Below are positions 1 to 14,800 of a stretch of DNA of 64,000 bases, one piece after another. Made by a program: the position numbers and the translations under genes. Every line of letters starts with the position of its first letter. The stretch's first letter is position 1. The DNA lies in assembly GCA_965655095.1 (NCBI GenBank), contig OZ296652.1:49414001-49478000 (forward strand), read 5' to 3'. The notes under the pieces are model-generated. The model ran no database searches, was not told where the DNA came from, and saw nothing but the letters and a program-made list of their open reading frames with translations. Origin of the DNA: Haplodiscus bocki. Taxonomy: Eukaryota.

Positions 1-1949
1 GATTTATTTTTTCAACAATCTAACGATGATGTACCTGAAAACAAAACGTAACTAAAGTAACCGTACCCTATTATTGAAACAAATTTCCAAAAATGCGGAG
101 AACAAGTAGGGAGATACAGCAGAATTTGATATCAGTCACCAAAAAAAAGACCTCTGAAGAAAAGCTTTGAAGGAAACATTCAATTACCTGAAAATTCATA
201 TAATGGAAGAGGGAAACGAAAAAAATGGTACTTGTTTTCCGTCTAAACGAACATTTTTTTGATTGTTAATCGGAAAATTGTTAATTTTTTTGCAATTTAA
301 GTAAATGGTGTCCATACGGACCTTGTAACTCCTACTATACAAAAATACTGCAAGTAAAATACCTACAGATACTTTCTTTGCAAAATCTTAGAAGTAATAA
401 ATGAACTCTACTGTGAGATAGAAGGGCTATCTTGAGGCTGAAATAAAATAGGCTCACCAAATTCTCGTAAAAGGAAGAACATTTACAGGAGATACTACGT
501 GAAGAAAAGATTCATTCCGCAGGGAAAAGAGTTTTTTGAAACCATTTGTTGAAACTACTACAAACAAAATAATTGAGATTAGCCACTAAAAAGATAGAAA
601 CAAAACGCATGAGGATGTGAAAACTGTTCTGATATCCTCAACTTGAGGTTTTTATTTCGGATGTTTCTCTCTAGAAAAGTGGTAATCTCTTTAAATTGGT
701 TAACTCACCGGTTGCTTTACGTAGAGAACAATTGGAACTACTAAATTGGTGAAGCTTTAGAAGAAACAATCAGACTCGTGTGAAAACTATAGTGTATAAA
801 CAACTGGGAAGTAGTAAGCAAGCAAACGGTTTTGCATATGAATTTTACTCATCCGTGAAAAGAAGAGCAAAAGTTAGCTAAAACAGAAACAACTGAGCGA
901 GTTTTTTTGTTGGTATCACTTTGAATTATACCTTTGGTTTCGCAGAGCACCAGAAAACAGGAACTTAAGGGATAGGTTATACCTTACCAATGGAAATTGA
1001 ACATTGTTGACCCAATACCCCAAGTTGGTACTGTTGTTTTCACTTGGAGATTTTCCAGTTCATTTTTGTTGGCTAGCTCCTCAGTGAACACCAAATTTCA
1101 CCCAGAAATTTATGTTGTGAGTGCTTTCCTTGGCGGAAAGTCCAATTGAAATGGTTTCCAATGGAAGCTCTGTTTTTATAAAAAAAAGTAAAACTACTAA
1201 TATTTACACTTTTGAATTGAATGATGATAGTGGAACGAATGTATCAATATATCAATTAGTTCGTTATCAACAACAATATTCTTTGGGTTTTTCTAACCAT
1301 ATCTCTCACATATTGATTTTTTCTTGCAGTGAATTATTGATTCAGTAACAGATCAGTAATTCTTTCTGACAAAGCCTTCTTCACTGAGCATACTAGAGAA
1401 TAGTAGTGTCAAGTTTTGTTGACGTCGTTTTTCCTTCGGATACATCGATAGAGATGCTATCTTCAAAACACATACATCTTATGATTTCAGGAGTACTTGA
1501 AAACTCTTTTTTTTTTTTTTACAAAAAAAGTGCATTCTATAGTGAAGCACAATCTTTTATGTTGGAAATCGAATCTGAAGCATGTTATGATCTGGCTGCA
1601 AAAAACTAAATTGCTCATATTTATCTTCTAACTTACAGATTGATATCTAATTGCTCTAATAGAAAATGGCAAAATGATTTAACTTAGTCTTTTTACATCT
1701 TACTGTTGATAAAACTATACCTGTTTTCAGTTGAAAGTAAATTTTATGGCTACAGTTTTTGATGTAGTTGCTTTCATCATCAAAAAATGAGAGTGGAAGT
1801 TTATCAAACAATAAAAAAAACTTATTACTAATGGTTGAGAAAAAATTGACAGTTATAAAAATTCGACAATTTCTTATATATTTGGGAAAATCTCCGAATC
1901 TGATTTTTTTTTAGTTCGTTTTGTAATTCTTTTCAGTCTTCTTCAGTCT

Positions 1950-4900
1950 TCAGTGTCAATTATAGAGGTGCCATCTTTAGAATGTAAGGCTTGATTTTTC
2001 AATGTCTACACACTGTTGATTGCTTTTACTTTAGACTTACCCACGTTTCCACTAGGTCCTTTAAGATCTAATTTACCCAAAATCGAATAAATCTTCGTTT
2101 TGTCTTGCTTTCCGAAAAACTCTACTTGTATATTTAGTTTCAATACCAGGAAAAAGAATCAAAGTCCATGTAATCAAAGTTTCAAGCATTCAATGTCCCA
2201 GAAATGTTGTAGTATATTCTGTTACTCTTCAAACATATGACACATGGAGATTTTCAAAAAAGCAAATCATAAGAAAATGGTTCACTAAGCATAGCTCCCA
2301 TACTTTTATACATAACAGCACTACAGTAGTCATAGGGTTTTGTTCCAACAGAAGCGTACTTATTTTTCAGTCAAAATTTTCTATGTTCTTGTTTAAACAT
2401 CGAACCTTCAAACAGTTTCGAGTGATTTTTGCTTCATCATTCCAAATGAAGAATTAACAGGCAATATTGGGTTTTTGCCATTTATTCTTTTATTTTTTGT
2501 TGTGTGTAGTGTTGCACTTTGTAGCCTTCGTAACTTTGCAGCTTAGATTTTTGTTTATAATTTATAACAGTGAATGACTTCAAGTTTCGCATGTTGTACA
2601 TACTCAGAAACTTTACAAGCCTTTAATGCAAAAGAGTATTATTTTTTCTGTCCATTAAGAAATTAACTCTCTTCGAGGAATTTTTTTTTGGAAAACTGAG
2701 GAGTTTTTGTGTTTGACTTCCCTGATAGATCAAATCAAAGGTTCCTTGAGCTTAATTTTAATAAGTTCACTTCCAGCTAAAGCAGTGAGTTTTTCACTCT
2801 ATTTTTTAATAGACCAGGATACTTTAAAACAACTTGAACAAACTATCCTGTGTCGGCACCACCTGCTGTTTTGAGAATCGTATCCAAACTCATCTTGCTT
2901 TCTAATTTTGAAACTTTTTTCGGGTATAGTTTGAAACACAGCTAATAGAAATAAATTTCAGCAACACTGACGAAAAAGTTAGAGCTTTTTATTTGGACTC
3001 GTTGTGACTGTCACCCAAACGTAAACTTGTTACACCCCGATTATCTTTTCAATACAAAACGTTGAATTTTTTTTATTTTTTGTAGCCGGTTTCCGATTAC
3101 CGTCAACTCACATGACTGAGTAGTCATCGGAAAAGAAAGAGAATAGGTCGGATTGACACCATGTTTTTTTTTCGAATAAACGTTTCAATTACATAAAGTT
3201 GTAGAACTTTTATAAAATGCATGTACAGCGTTGCTAAATTCACGAAGGTCTTGGGAATAAAAACTTTGATAACGAAAAAAAGATTCTTTTAAAGTACAAC
3301 TACTGACTTGTAACAGGGTCCGGATGGAAGAAAAAAATCACACAATATTTAATTTTTTTCTGAAGATATTCAACTCCATCTGTCCCATTTTCCCACTTTT
3401 TGGTCATAAAAATATTCTTTCCGAGGAAAATTTTTTCCAAACTGAGACTTGTTTGCCAAAAGCTATCGAAATCAATCAGTTGTAAACAACCACTACCTCT
3501 TGAAATCTTTCAAACTACCAATAATACCTTTTGGTTTGTTTTTGTCATTTTTTTGCAAAGTCTGGATAAACAGTTAAGAATCAAAACTTTTTATATTGCC
3601 AAGAACTATTGGAAGGAACGTCCATTCTGATTCCACAACATTTCATTAACAGCCTTGAACAGTTGCTTGTGTGCAATTTTCTTTCAAATACAACAGTGTC
3701 TAAGTTTTGCATCTGCCTCCAAAAACTTTTCCGCACAAAGCCAACAAAAATTAGTAGTATCGAAATGTTTTTCATCATCTGCACTAGTAATAAATTCAAT
3801 ATCAATCTTCATAAAAGTATAACAGTTTTCTTTACTACTTTTTACGATCTGTTCACCGAATTGATCAACGTTTTCTTTCCTCACTTCTGAGTAACAACCA
3901 GACGTTGGTGCACTTGTGATGTATCCATTGGAAACAGGATATTGTTGATGCAGATTGGTACTTCCTTTTTGTAGACTTGTTGGTAAGTTATTTCTCACAT
4001 TTTAGGATATTCAAAAAATGCCTGAAATAAACTACTAATAAAAGAAGTTTTCGTCAAAATTTCTTCCTCTCGAAAGTTCTTCTTTGAGAGGATATCTTTG
4101 CAGAGGCCTTTCAACAGAACCTTAAAACTGATGCTTCTTTATACACTCATTTCAAAATAGCATACTAAACAAATTCTACAAACAAGTATCAGATTGGAGT
4201 TTTTCAAGAAAGAAAGCATTTCTTCAGATCAATCAGTATTGAAATTCATTCATAAATAGCTAAATGAATCAGTTTCAAGTTTTAATTTCTGCTTTTTCTC
4301 AAAAAATTTACGGGGGTGCAGTAGAACTTTCAAAGTTTCTTTCATTAACATTTATTTTTGAATGACGTCTGTTTCTAAGCCTTCAACAGCTTTCGTTTTT
4401 GAACCATAATGAAAATCAATTACATCTAAAAAAGAGTTTGCAACTGTTCTTCAAATTGCCTTAATGTCTCAAAATTTCTTCTCACTGGAGGCAGATGCGT
4501 TAAGATAGACTGAAATGGACAAGAAGTATCAACAGTTTACAATTTTGATGGCCTAAAATAATTTTTGGTAAACAAACGAATGTTGACAGTATAAACAACC
4601 TTGATTCATAAAGAATATTGGCAACAGGGGTAGGTCTGTCGAGAACCCAGCAGAATTACTCCTTATAGCAGAATAATAGTCTTTTCTGTTAAATATTTTG
4701 ATTATCTCAACTAGTTTCCTCACTAAGTTTTTAGGCATAAAAAATTTCTAATCTTGACTCGCCATCTCTGTCACCTTTTCCAGTTAAAGTACTGAAAAAC
4801 TATGATTACAAGATTGAATTTCGAATGTTTGACTACTCCACAATCATTTTTATAAGTTGCTTATACAACAGCTTTCATTTCCCAAGATACAAAGAGTTTC

Positions 4901-5300
4901 CATCTTTCTCATGATTAGAAACTTCTGCACAAACAGTTTCAGACACATCAGATTCCTATTGTTTTGGAATTTCTTGTGAAGCGAGCTGTCCTGTTTTGAA
5001 TCAGAGGAAATCGTTGGACTTGGATTGTCTTCAATCACTTCATAATGTGGGGTTAATTGATTTCTTCCATAATGAATTTGTTGAAATTCATGAGTAGTAC
5101 CTGTATTTTCAAAGTGATTAATACTAATAACACACATACAACGTGGAAAATGAGTTTTACTTTTGTCATGTTGATCAGAACTTTTAAGACGATTCATCTT
5201 TCATACGTTACGATAAAATGTTGACTTTTTTTGTTCATCAGATTGTAAATGCTCCTCTGAAACAGATAGATAAATTAAATAGCTTAAAACCAGGACCAGT
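1950..5300 (-). mobile_element. Decayed Polinton/Maverick-like protein-primed DNA polymerase B region (many stops and frameshifts)
   Basis: ORF 3684..3998 reads ADDEKHFDTTNFCWLCAEKFLEADAKLRHC, matching the CxxC...KVRDHC zinc/endonuclease-VII-like segment that precedes the exonuclease domain in animal pPolB. The minus strand near 2530-2630 gives a broken H.RLVKF...IH...YKQKS.LQSY palm segment. Boundaries approximate. Confidence 0.7.
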
Positions 5301-5437
5301 TTTTGCTTAACTTCCTCGGTTAAATAATTGGTTACTTGCTCGGTTCTGTGCTGCAGAATATGGTTTCTGCACTGAGAGCATCAGTCCTAACTTCCAAATT
5401 TGGAATGTTTTCTTTGTGAATATGAAACATTTTGTTA

Positions 5438-5585
5438 GGGTGTCAGGACATTTCGTCCTATGCCATTTCAACCGCTGCAATTTCAACCGTTCACACTTTC
5501 AACCGTTCACACTTTCAACCGTTCACACTTTCAACCGCGTGCCATTTCAACCGCATGCAATTTCAACCGCATGCAATTTCAACCG
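5438..5585 (+). repeat. One end of a non-autonomous DNA element: GGGTGTCAGGACATTTCGTCC followed by 8 copies of TTTCAACCG at 15-16 bp period
   Basis: Cores start at 5466, 5481, 5497, 5513, 5529, 5545, 5561 and 5577. Spacers are ctgcaa, ttcacac x3, cgtgcca and catgcaa x2. The repeat is seen directly; the transposon-end reading is inference. Confidence 0.8.
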
Positions 5586-5599
5586 CAGTTAGTTAATTA

Positions 5600-8500
5600 A
5601 GTAATCAGCACAGTTGTAAAAAGGATTTGAACTGTCGCTCATTTTACTGTTCGAACAATGAAAATGTGATCGTATTGGCAATGGTGGCACCGCTTTGTGT
5701 TTAACTGGTTCAAAAATTAAAAGATGAACTTAGGCCAATTGTACACAAGTTTGGCTTAAAAGACTTCGGCCAGTTGCCAGTAACACTATTAAGAGTGCTG
5801 GAGCTTCAGGAATTTGAAAATTGACCTTTATAGAAGGGTTATCTGTTGTCATATTTGGTGCTGTAACTTATGTGGTGGAAGCTTCCAACAATAGAAAAGA
5901 ATGCTTTCATCAAAGTCAAATTGGCTCAACGGGGGATCACGTTGAAAGTTTGCGAAACTGTTAACACTGAGATCATCAACCAGACTTTGCGGAGTTAGAG
6001 ATCGCAATATGATGAAGCGAACACATGGTAAGTAATTATTTCCCAATTGACAAAGAAAAAAAGTGATTTTTTCAAACTGTTCTCAACACCAAAAAGTGAA
6101 AGTTGTAAAGACATAGTCGCTGCATCAGAATGTGTTTTTATGTTTGGATTCAGTACGAATTAGTAAGGAGAGAATGCCACTAGTTTGGTTTCATCTGTGC
6201 AATCGTATTAGGGACCATATTTGTTTTACGTTTTAGTGAAATTCTGTTTCAGTTTTGAAACTTTGGTTTTCATTGCATCTTGTAATGCTGAATTGTATTC
6301 ACCATTCGTAGAAAAATGTTCAAACAAGTTGTTACTATATCAATGGCTGACGAGTGGTTTGAGCGGATGACGTCCAATAAGGAGAAGTTTTGGGGTACAG
6401 TCAGCTGCTGTATGATACGAAGTATTGCTACAAAAAGTCTCTGGTTTCACATATTGGAACCAATTGTTTCAATGTTTATTGGATTTCAAATTAAAAATAC
6501 GCTCACCTGCGGAATGAGAGCGTTCCATCACTCTCATCGTTTTTCGCTCTGTCAAACTTGGATGTTCCAATTGAATTTAGGGTAGTTTTTTCCAAATTCA
6601 TGCGTGGCTTTAGAAACAGAAGTTTTACCCAGTCAAGAAACAATTGTTTTTGGCAATTAACCATGTCGGGAAATTATTGACGCCAGTTCAAGCGCAACAT
6701 TTGTCAAAGGGACAGCAGGCAAAGTTTCCGTAGGAAAATCAATAGCTCTCAACACATAACTGTGAATTGGTAACTTCACTGGTTCAACCATGTCAATTGG
6801 AAGTGTTTTACCTTGATAGGCAGTGAGCAATGAAACTGGCTCACCCATCCAGAAGGAATGTGTTCAAGTTGTAAATTCAAAAAATGGTTATTGATCGTTG
6901 AGATTAGGAGTACGGTGAAATTTAGAAACTGGAACTGTGTGCGAAATTATGAAGAGTTTTAGGTAAAGTTACTTTGATCGTTCAGGTAAATCAATCAAAA
7001 CATCCTCAAAATAGTTTTTTTATTGATTTGATTGCTGGGAATTTGGTCGTAGAGATAAACGTTGAACTAGGAACATATGTTTAGTCAGAGATAATTTGCA
7101 GGGAAGTGATCATAAAACCGTGACTTTTCAATCGCCTAAATAGTGGTCCGTCAACAACATTCAGCAGTAACGGCAAGAACATTTGACGGAGGCGCATTTG
7201 GTCCTTTTGCTTCTGTTTCACTTTCCTTTTGACATAGACTCTGTAGACTGAAACTAGGATCAGTTCGCATCCTTGAAAAATTATCTGCAGCAGAGTGCGT
7301 TTTTCCAGGAGGGTGAGCAGAGAAAACGTGAAACAACAAAGCGCGGTCTCGGCAGCTGCAGAAAGATGGATAGATACCTTTTGATTGAAAAAATTGAGCA
7401 GGGTTTCTGTTATGCGTCAAAACTAGGATGGGTTCTGTTGCACCCCAGATGAAGTGAAGTAAATGGTCTAAAAATATTTGGCAATAGTTTCATTGTGAGG
7501 CCTAGAAAAATTCAATTGAGTTTTTGCAAAAAGGTCATGAACCACAAAAATACTGAAGCAAAAACTTTTTTTTGCTTTGCCAATTTGCTAAATCCGTTTA
7601 TCTTCAATCGTTGACACAAATCGGGTGCCAGGAAAACTAGCTACACAGAGTATGATGTAGTGGAGGCTTGTTATCGCTAGAGGAAATGTCAAATTAGTAG
7701 CACGAGTCAAATAAAACTTTAGAGTCTCAAGAGTTTCACGATGACCGCTAATGAAATTAATTGCATTCGCAATTTGTAAAAGTTTCAGTATTTTCTTACC
7801 AATGTTTTGAAAAAAGTTCAGGCAAAAATACAAAAATCCAATCAGGCTTTTTATTTGTTTAACTGTGTTAGGCAATTTAATTTGCTCGATAGTTTTTCTA
7901 AATTTTGCAATTTTATAGTTCTTGTAGGAGTAATTGTGCTGCCTAAAATGTCAATTTCAGCGTTCCCATCTCTTACTTCTGTGCGGAATGTTTCAAACCC
8001 GATTGTATCAAACAATCACAAATTTTGCTATCATTAGTTATCATTTTGTCAAAAGGTTCAACTCTGGTGTCATTTTGATTCGCAAGTTGCGTGCAACTTT
8101 TTGCCGCCCAACAGGGTTCAATGTAGTGATTGACGAAAAATTTAAATCTTTTGACGGACTATTTCAAACTTTGAGCCTGGCAATTGTGAACGAAAGTGTG
8201 TGAAGCGAAGTAAATGCCAAAAAAGAACTGAAACGTCTTCTGCCATGTGAACACAATGGTATGCTTGTGCGAAAAATAGTTTGAAAAACAAGGTTTTCCT
8301 ATTTTACTCGTTTGTGGTTTTCGTAAAACTTAAAATCGCGAAACTGCTTTTTGAAAAATCTTGGCGTAGGAGATGTTTCGCTCGGCCTAGGTCAATTAGA
8401 ACTCCCAATTGACCCGCAATAGTTTGCTATGAAGACACGTCGGACTACTGTGATTGGAAAGTGCCACGATTGTGATAAGGTTAAATTTTTGCCGCAATGA

Positions 8501-11500
8501 GTGTTCTTTCAACATCTGTTCTCGTAGATGAGTTGAATCTAGTGGCAATTCAAATCACAGCGGAAATGGGTGTTCAAGCGTTGTTTTAATCTTCATGTCT
8601 GTGTAAAAACCAGATCAAAGCAAGGTTTGGAAGACAAATTTTTCTATTCAACCGGAAAATTTTGAAGCTCTTTTTTATGGTCGACTTTGAGGACAAAAAT
8701 ATCCCGTGCAACTTTTTCCCAAAAGCTCCGTCAATTTCAGAATTTTTAAGATCCGTTTTTTCCAGGCCTTTAAATTTTGTAAATCGACCAAAAACGTCAT
8801 TTTGCAGAAGTTTCAGGTTGGAAAATTCATTGCACGTCTCTGGAATTGAAGCCAGTGTGACGAGTTATCCGCTGGTGGGCGAGATGTTGGTGTATCAGTT
8901 TTTTCAAGAAAACAATTCTGAATCAACTGGTTTAGTTCGCCAAAATCATCCGGATAAACCAGTTTGGTATTGAAATTTAATGAAGATTACTTTCGATAAG
9001 GATATCAGCTTGTGCTTTGCTCCAAATTTCAAAATGGGATACTTTAGCTTGAATTTTCAAGGCAATTCGGTTATTAAAGTCACTTATGGCTGACACAAAA
9101 ACAATATTTGCATTTAATTTATCTCTCTGTTTGTCAATCAAAACTTGCTCCACAGAATCCATTCCAAAGGAAATGAATTATGATTTTTTAAATTTTTTCA
9201 ATTTTTTTTTAAACTGACATTTGAAAAAAATTACTCTGGTGCATCCTTAGCACAACAGTTTTTATCTAAATAGGCTAGCCGTCTATTTTAGAAAAAACCT
9301 TTATGCAACGGAAACTTGTTGTTCTTCCTCCAAAAGAGAACAACACGCATTTCCCGCGGGTCAAAATTGAAAAAACTATGAAATATCTTTGGATTTTTCG
9401 ATTGGACTTTCGTTGTATGGATTGGCTTTTGAATCCTTTGCTGAGTGTAACTTTTTAAAATTTTGACTCAAGATTTTTCTGCATTCTGCGTCTAGAAGGA
9501 TTTCTGCTGGCAGCAAACGATGTTGTTAAATGATTAGGATAACCAGACTTATTACACGTGGAATTTGACTGCTGTGTATACGGTATGAACCTAAGATCAG
9601 GCGTGAAAAGTTTAAACGAGAGGTTGCGGTTTAAAAATCTTGTTCTGATTTCCGATATTTTGACTATGTTGCTGGACGTTTTGACCTGTGCCGCGTAAAG
9701 TTTGATGTTTGTGGCTGCAAAACGAAGATTGAATTTTGCGTTTGGAAGATGTTCTGTTGTGACTTTTGTGGAAGCGTGTAACTGTTTTGGTTTTGTTCTG
9801 GCTATTCAGTATTGTCGATTTTAACCACGGTAGGAGCTTCTGAAATGACTACAAATTTTCAGCAAAAAAGTTGAGTTTTGTCTGCGATTTCGAAAAAAAG
9901 AGCGTGGGTGAGACTGCTGCGGTTGATATTTTAGGAAACCATTCAACTGATCTGTTCGAGTATTATTGCGTTCTTTGAAATTTTCGGACATTTCTTATGA
10001 GTGAGTGTCCATAACTTCTTGACTAGTGCTATTTTTTGCCAAGACGTGAACAAAGGTATCTGTTACTGAAAGCCCCCTTTCCCTAAAAGCATTCATCCTT
10101 GAGTCATCTGTTGTACAGAGATTGTGCATGAATCGCGTCTTTCATCAAAACTTACATTGGTCTTTTTATCTAACCTGTTCAAGTTGCTTTGGTATAATTG
10201 AATGTAACCGGCTGGGCTTTTTTGGTGACTTGTCACCTAATTTGTTATAATATACTTTTTTATTGGGCAAAAAGTTTTATTTCTGTGGCGCTCGTTGTGT
10301 GTTGATCAAATCGAGTTTGTTGCAATACAGCATCTGCTGCACATGCGTGAAGTAGATAAACTCTCGGGGTGTCTGGATCCGGATAAACCTTCAATGCTTT
10401 TTTTGAGAAAGTAAGAAAAAAGTTCTGCCGATTATCTTTTGTCGGTTCCAGTTTGAGATTTTATGAATTTTTTAAACAATTGTCGTAGCAGTGGCTTGCA
10501 GAAAACTTTTTAAAGGACCTGTTCATAAAAATTCTAAATTTTACCAGTCAAATGCAAATTTTTACGACGCCTTAGAGCTGCCATTCGAAGATGCTGTTGT
10601 GGAAAATTAGCATGTTGTTTTCCTTTCGAATCGCATTTATGGCAAGAAAATTTCTTAGTAGTTCATCAAATCTGCAAAAAATCTCCTTTTGGGAGCCAGA
10701 GGAATTAACGACTGTACATTGAGGTTGCGCTACAGCTTCTGAATTCAAGAGTTACAAGAAATTAGATGAAATAATGATTGAGTTAGATCGAAGGACAAGA
10801 AAAAAGTGAACTGGAAAATAAGAAAATAAGCCAAGGAAAATTGTTTTGGGAGAAAAAAGCTGCTTCTTTAAAGCGAATTTATTGCACTCTAAAGAAAAAA
10901 TCTGAAAAAACACGCTAAAAAGTCTGCAGAGATTTTTTTGAAGAATCCTTTCATCCATTTTTTGGTAAAAATTGTGGAAAGATTAACAACCGACGAAAAA
11001 AGTAGAGATCCAACATTTATTCCAACCGTTGCACTTAATGGAACGAAATTTACTTGCAGAAGCAGAGTTGTTTACAAGTCAGTTTTTCCAAGAAACAATA
11101 AATTTCTGATTCAGCGGGAAACGAGTTCTTCGAAATTAATGTTGAAAGTTGGACTGATCCAAAAGAAAACCGAAATTGGAAGCGAAAAGTTGAAAGGCCA
11201 TGTTGTTCCATGACAAATGAAAACAGCTGAAATAAGTTGAAGCGTTAAGATTTTTCGAAAATTACAACGTCAAAATTGGCGTCAAAAGTACCTACACTTT
11301 TGGAAAACTGCCTAAAATGAAAAATCACACCAATTTCCTGAGTGAAAATTGAAATCCCAACATTTGTTTCTGCCGTTCAACCCAAATTGACCATCATTTC
11401 TACGTCACTTGTGAAAGTGCCGCTGCGTTTCAAAATTGTTGTAAGCTGAGCAAAACGAAAACTCCACCTCTTTGAGGTTCTTGTGTGTCAAGTGTTGAAA

Positions 11501-11800
11501 TGAAAACAATATAATTGAAGATTTTTCTTCTTGCGAGTCTTGAAGCAACACACAGTCCACTTTTCGGAAAAAACTGAAATTGGTGTTTTCAATGATTTCG
11601 CCGATCCTTTTCTTCTTTTAGTTTCACAACTCCATGGACCTGAAACATGAAAACCTGAAACTTTAGAATTGAAATCCAGCGTGGAATTGCATCTGCTGTG
11701 GATGACGTACGATTGAGTTCATTGGATGACGTAAAGGGGAGTGGCAGCGGTTGGTTGGCAGGGAGCTTCAAGTGTGATTTTGAGCCCGAAAAAGGTAGTT
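5600..11800 (-). mobile_element. Decayed Ty3/gypsy LTR retrotransposon internal region (gag-RT-RNase H-integrase)
   Basis: Minus-strand fragments in gypsy order: degenerate knuckle NSTCNKSGYPNHL (~9530-9570); RT QAYHCVHMAED...LAQ (~8170-8270); thumb/RNase H MPNTVKQIKSLIGF...YIILCVAS (7588-7875); RNase H end FFQSK...AHPPGKTHSAADNFSRMRTDP (7151-7420); integrase core YVLRAIDF...AVPLTNV...RHG.LPKTIVS and MERSHS (~6500-6850). Confidence 0.88.
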
Positions 11801-14800
11801 TTTTTGTATTGTGCTATCAAGATTGTTTCCGAATTGTCATCAACTTAACTAACTCTTTTAAGATTTTGTTTGTACTGAATTTTGCAAGAATGCTATCGTG
11901 GCGAGCGGACAAATTCGTCGGCGCCCTGCTCGTAATCCTGGATATTGGTCAGCTCAAAAAACAAACCATGCAAAACTTACACTCTCCTTTTGGCTAAGTT
12001 TGGTATTAAGGATCAGTTTTTTTTCAATTTCCAAAATAAATAACTTGAACTAACAGTTTAATTGGTTTAAAGGTTGTTAGGAGTCATTGAATGTTCTAAA
12101 ACAAATGGAATTTTGGGTTTGATTTCAAGTTCAACTGTATTCAACTGAGGCATTTTGTTTCAGAACGTGACTCTAGGTTTTGTAGCTGCGCGCAAAAGTG
12201 AGTAAGAATGGTGAGATGACAATTATTAGAAAGGCAACTTGTCCAGGAATCAGAAGTTTTGTTCTGGACAGAAAATTCGAAATTGTCTCCATAATGTCTT
12301 TCGCGTTCGACTTCCACTTCAAAAGTGTGAATCACCGAGATATCTGGATAACATCTTACATTCAGCGGATAACGAAACCGGTTGTTGACCTCAGACGAGA
12401 ACAAGCCACCAATCAATTTTCTAAACTAAAAAAATTAATCTTTATCATCCAAAAATATTTTATTTTTAGAATGATTACGGACGTCCAAGGAAGGAGCCTA
12501 TCCACAAAGGCCAGCCAACATGCAATTAAAAACAGTGCTTGTGGGTCATATTGTGTAAAAATACAGTACAGTAAGATCTGAGGCCGGAAAGCAAGTTGAA
12601 AAGCAGATGTTAGATGCTTCAAAAATAAAACATTTTCGCCACCTTAAAAGCCGCCTCAAATTTCATTATGACTCAAGTACTTTATCTGATTCGATTTTTT
12701 TAACTCATATTCTAGTCAGGCTTCGCATTTTGAGGCTCTCAATTTATCAAAATGTTAGCACTAGGTAACTCCTTGCTGGGCTCGCGGCAAGCACTTTTCA
12801 GAATGGCAACGACACAGGCGCTAAAATGTTTAACCAAAGTTCCCTAGAAGAAAGTAACCCCGGCGATGGAATTTGTTCTGGTCCTGACTAATACTGCGAC
12901 CGCTGGCTTGGAAAAGAAAGCTGAGGTTAAGATCTGTTAAATAAGAATTGAGAACAATTGGTAAACATTATTACACTTCTTCCTGCTAAGAGTTTCAGCT
13001 GTAAATATTTTTCGATCATAAAAAACTGGAGGACACAACCACGCTCATTTGGTACCCTTCTGCACGCAAACAATCGTCAGTATCTGAAGTTGTCGAACGA
13101 AGAAACCGAAATAAACTTTTAAAAGAGACTGATTTTAGTAACGTTCAGGAAGGTGGTTCAATTGGTTCTTCTTTGATCCACCCTAAACTTTTTTAATGAC
13201 TCCAGACAAAAACATTTTATCACTGCAGACAAGCCATTTAACCCCGTTGAACATAAAAAGAGGTACACGATGCTTGAATTCTGCAATAAATACCAAAAAT
13301 GAACAATTCAACAATGGATTCTGTGGCACTCCTCGAACACAAAAAAACGACCTTGTGTTGATTTGAAATATACATTGACCATATCACGCAGTTTTGACTG
13401 GTGGCATTACTTGAGAGACGACACACATTACAGTCTTGTCAAGTTCATACAATTTCTCCGTCATCAAAGGTATTGTTTTTTTGCTTCTCCTCGTTTTCTA
13501 ATTACTGATCGCAATTATCAGTTGTAAAAAATTACAATAACGTTGTGATTAACCTATTAAATAGTGTTTCAAACTCTGCTCGTTTTCTCTGTCGGAGTGC
13601 TTCTGTTACCCAAAACGTGGGACGAAGACAACGGAAAAATTCAGATGGTGACTCAGTCAATTGTAACTAACGCAACACGAACACTGTAACGGATGAGGAA
13701 TGTGAAAGTGGTTCCAACATGTTCATTCATCGGTTTCATGGAAGAAGTGTTAAACTCTAAAAACAGCAAATCCATGTCTTCACTGGCATACCTAGATTCA
13801 AAAGTTCCTGTGTTTTTTGTCTACCGTCTGTCAGCGTGAAACCGAGAGAAGAAAATCGGAGTAAACTCGTCATGAAGTGAAAAACTCGAATCTCAGATTA
13901 GTATCATTCGAAACTCGCTTCAAAAATTTGAAAGTTTTCTTTCTCAACCGGTCTCCTATGCTGAAAAGTGAAAAGTACCTCCGTCACAACTGATATGAAG
14001 TTCCGACGCCCGACATACCCCCGTGAACGGACGCTCTTCATTAGCAAGAAAGAAAATTGTTCTACTTCCGATAATGCTGAAGACTGTTCAATTGTGCCAA
14101 CAGAATTAAAATGTACTTGTTTTGGGAATCCTACAGAGACTGTTCGAAGAAATATACAAAAAACTGATCGGAATAGCTACGGACGTTCCTAGAGAAAATT
14201 TTGAACAATAATTGAAAAATATTTTAGGAAGCACAGCAGTGAAACTTTATAACAGGAGCAGTCGGCGTATATCTGTAATTCATATAACGTTTGAATCAAA
14301 AATCGAATCCCAACATGCCGTATCTCTTGGAATATGTAATAGCAACTTGCATTTCAATGTTGTATCGAAAGGAATCGAAATAAATTTATTACAAGCTTTT
14401 AAATGCCGCAATAGAAGAAAGCATGTTTCGAAAAAAGGCAATTACCATCCTATTTGTGTTATATGTGGACATGATCATCCTTAAAGATCTCCTGTTTACT
14501 ATGTTTGTCAAAATCCACATAACCATAACGAGTCATGTTTATCGGAATGCTGTTATTCTGGCATATATTGTAAAGGAGGCCATCCTGCGTTCAAAGAAAG
14601 GAGAAGAGTTTTAAAGATGCTTATGATAGGGTTGCAGAGTAAAACGATGGCATTTAGATCTTCTCAAAATATCAAAATGTCAATCAAAATCGCAGTGTTA
14701 TCTCTGCATTCCGGCTCAAATCCAAGTCGCTCAAAAAACGAAAGGAAAACAAACTCTTTCCTTCCAGCCGAATTCCCGGAATCCGTCTCTAGTTTCGAAA

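Noticed and set aside
5466-5585. Mini-CRISPR or iteron array
   Set aside because: The 9-bp core and 6-7 bp recurring spacers fit transposon subterminal repeats better.
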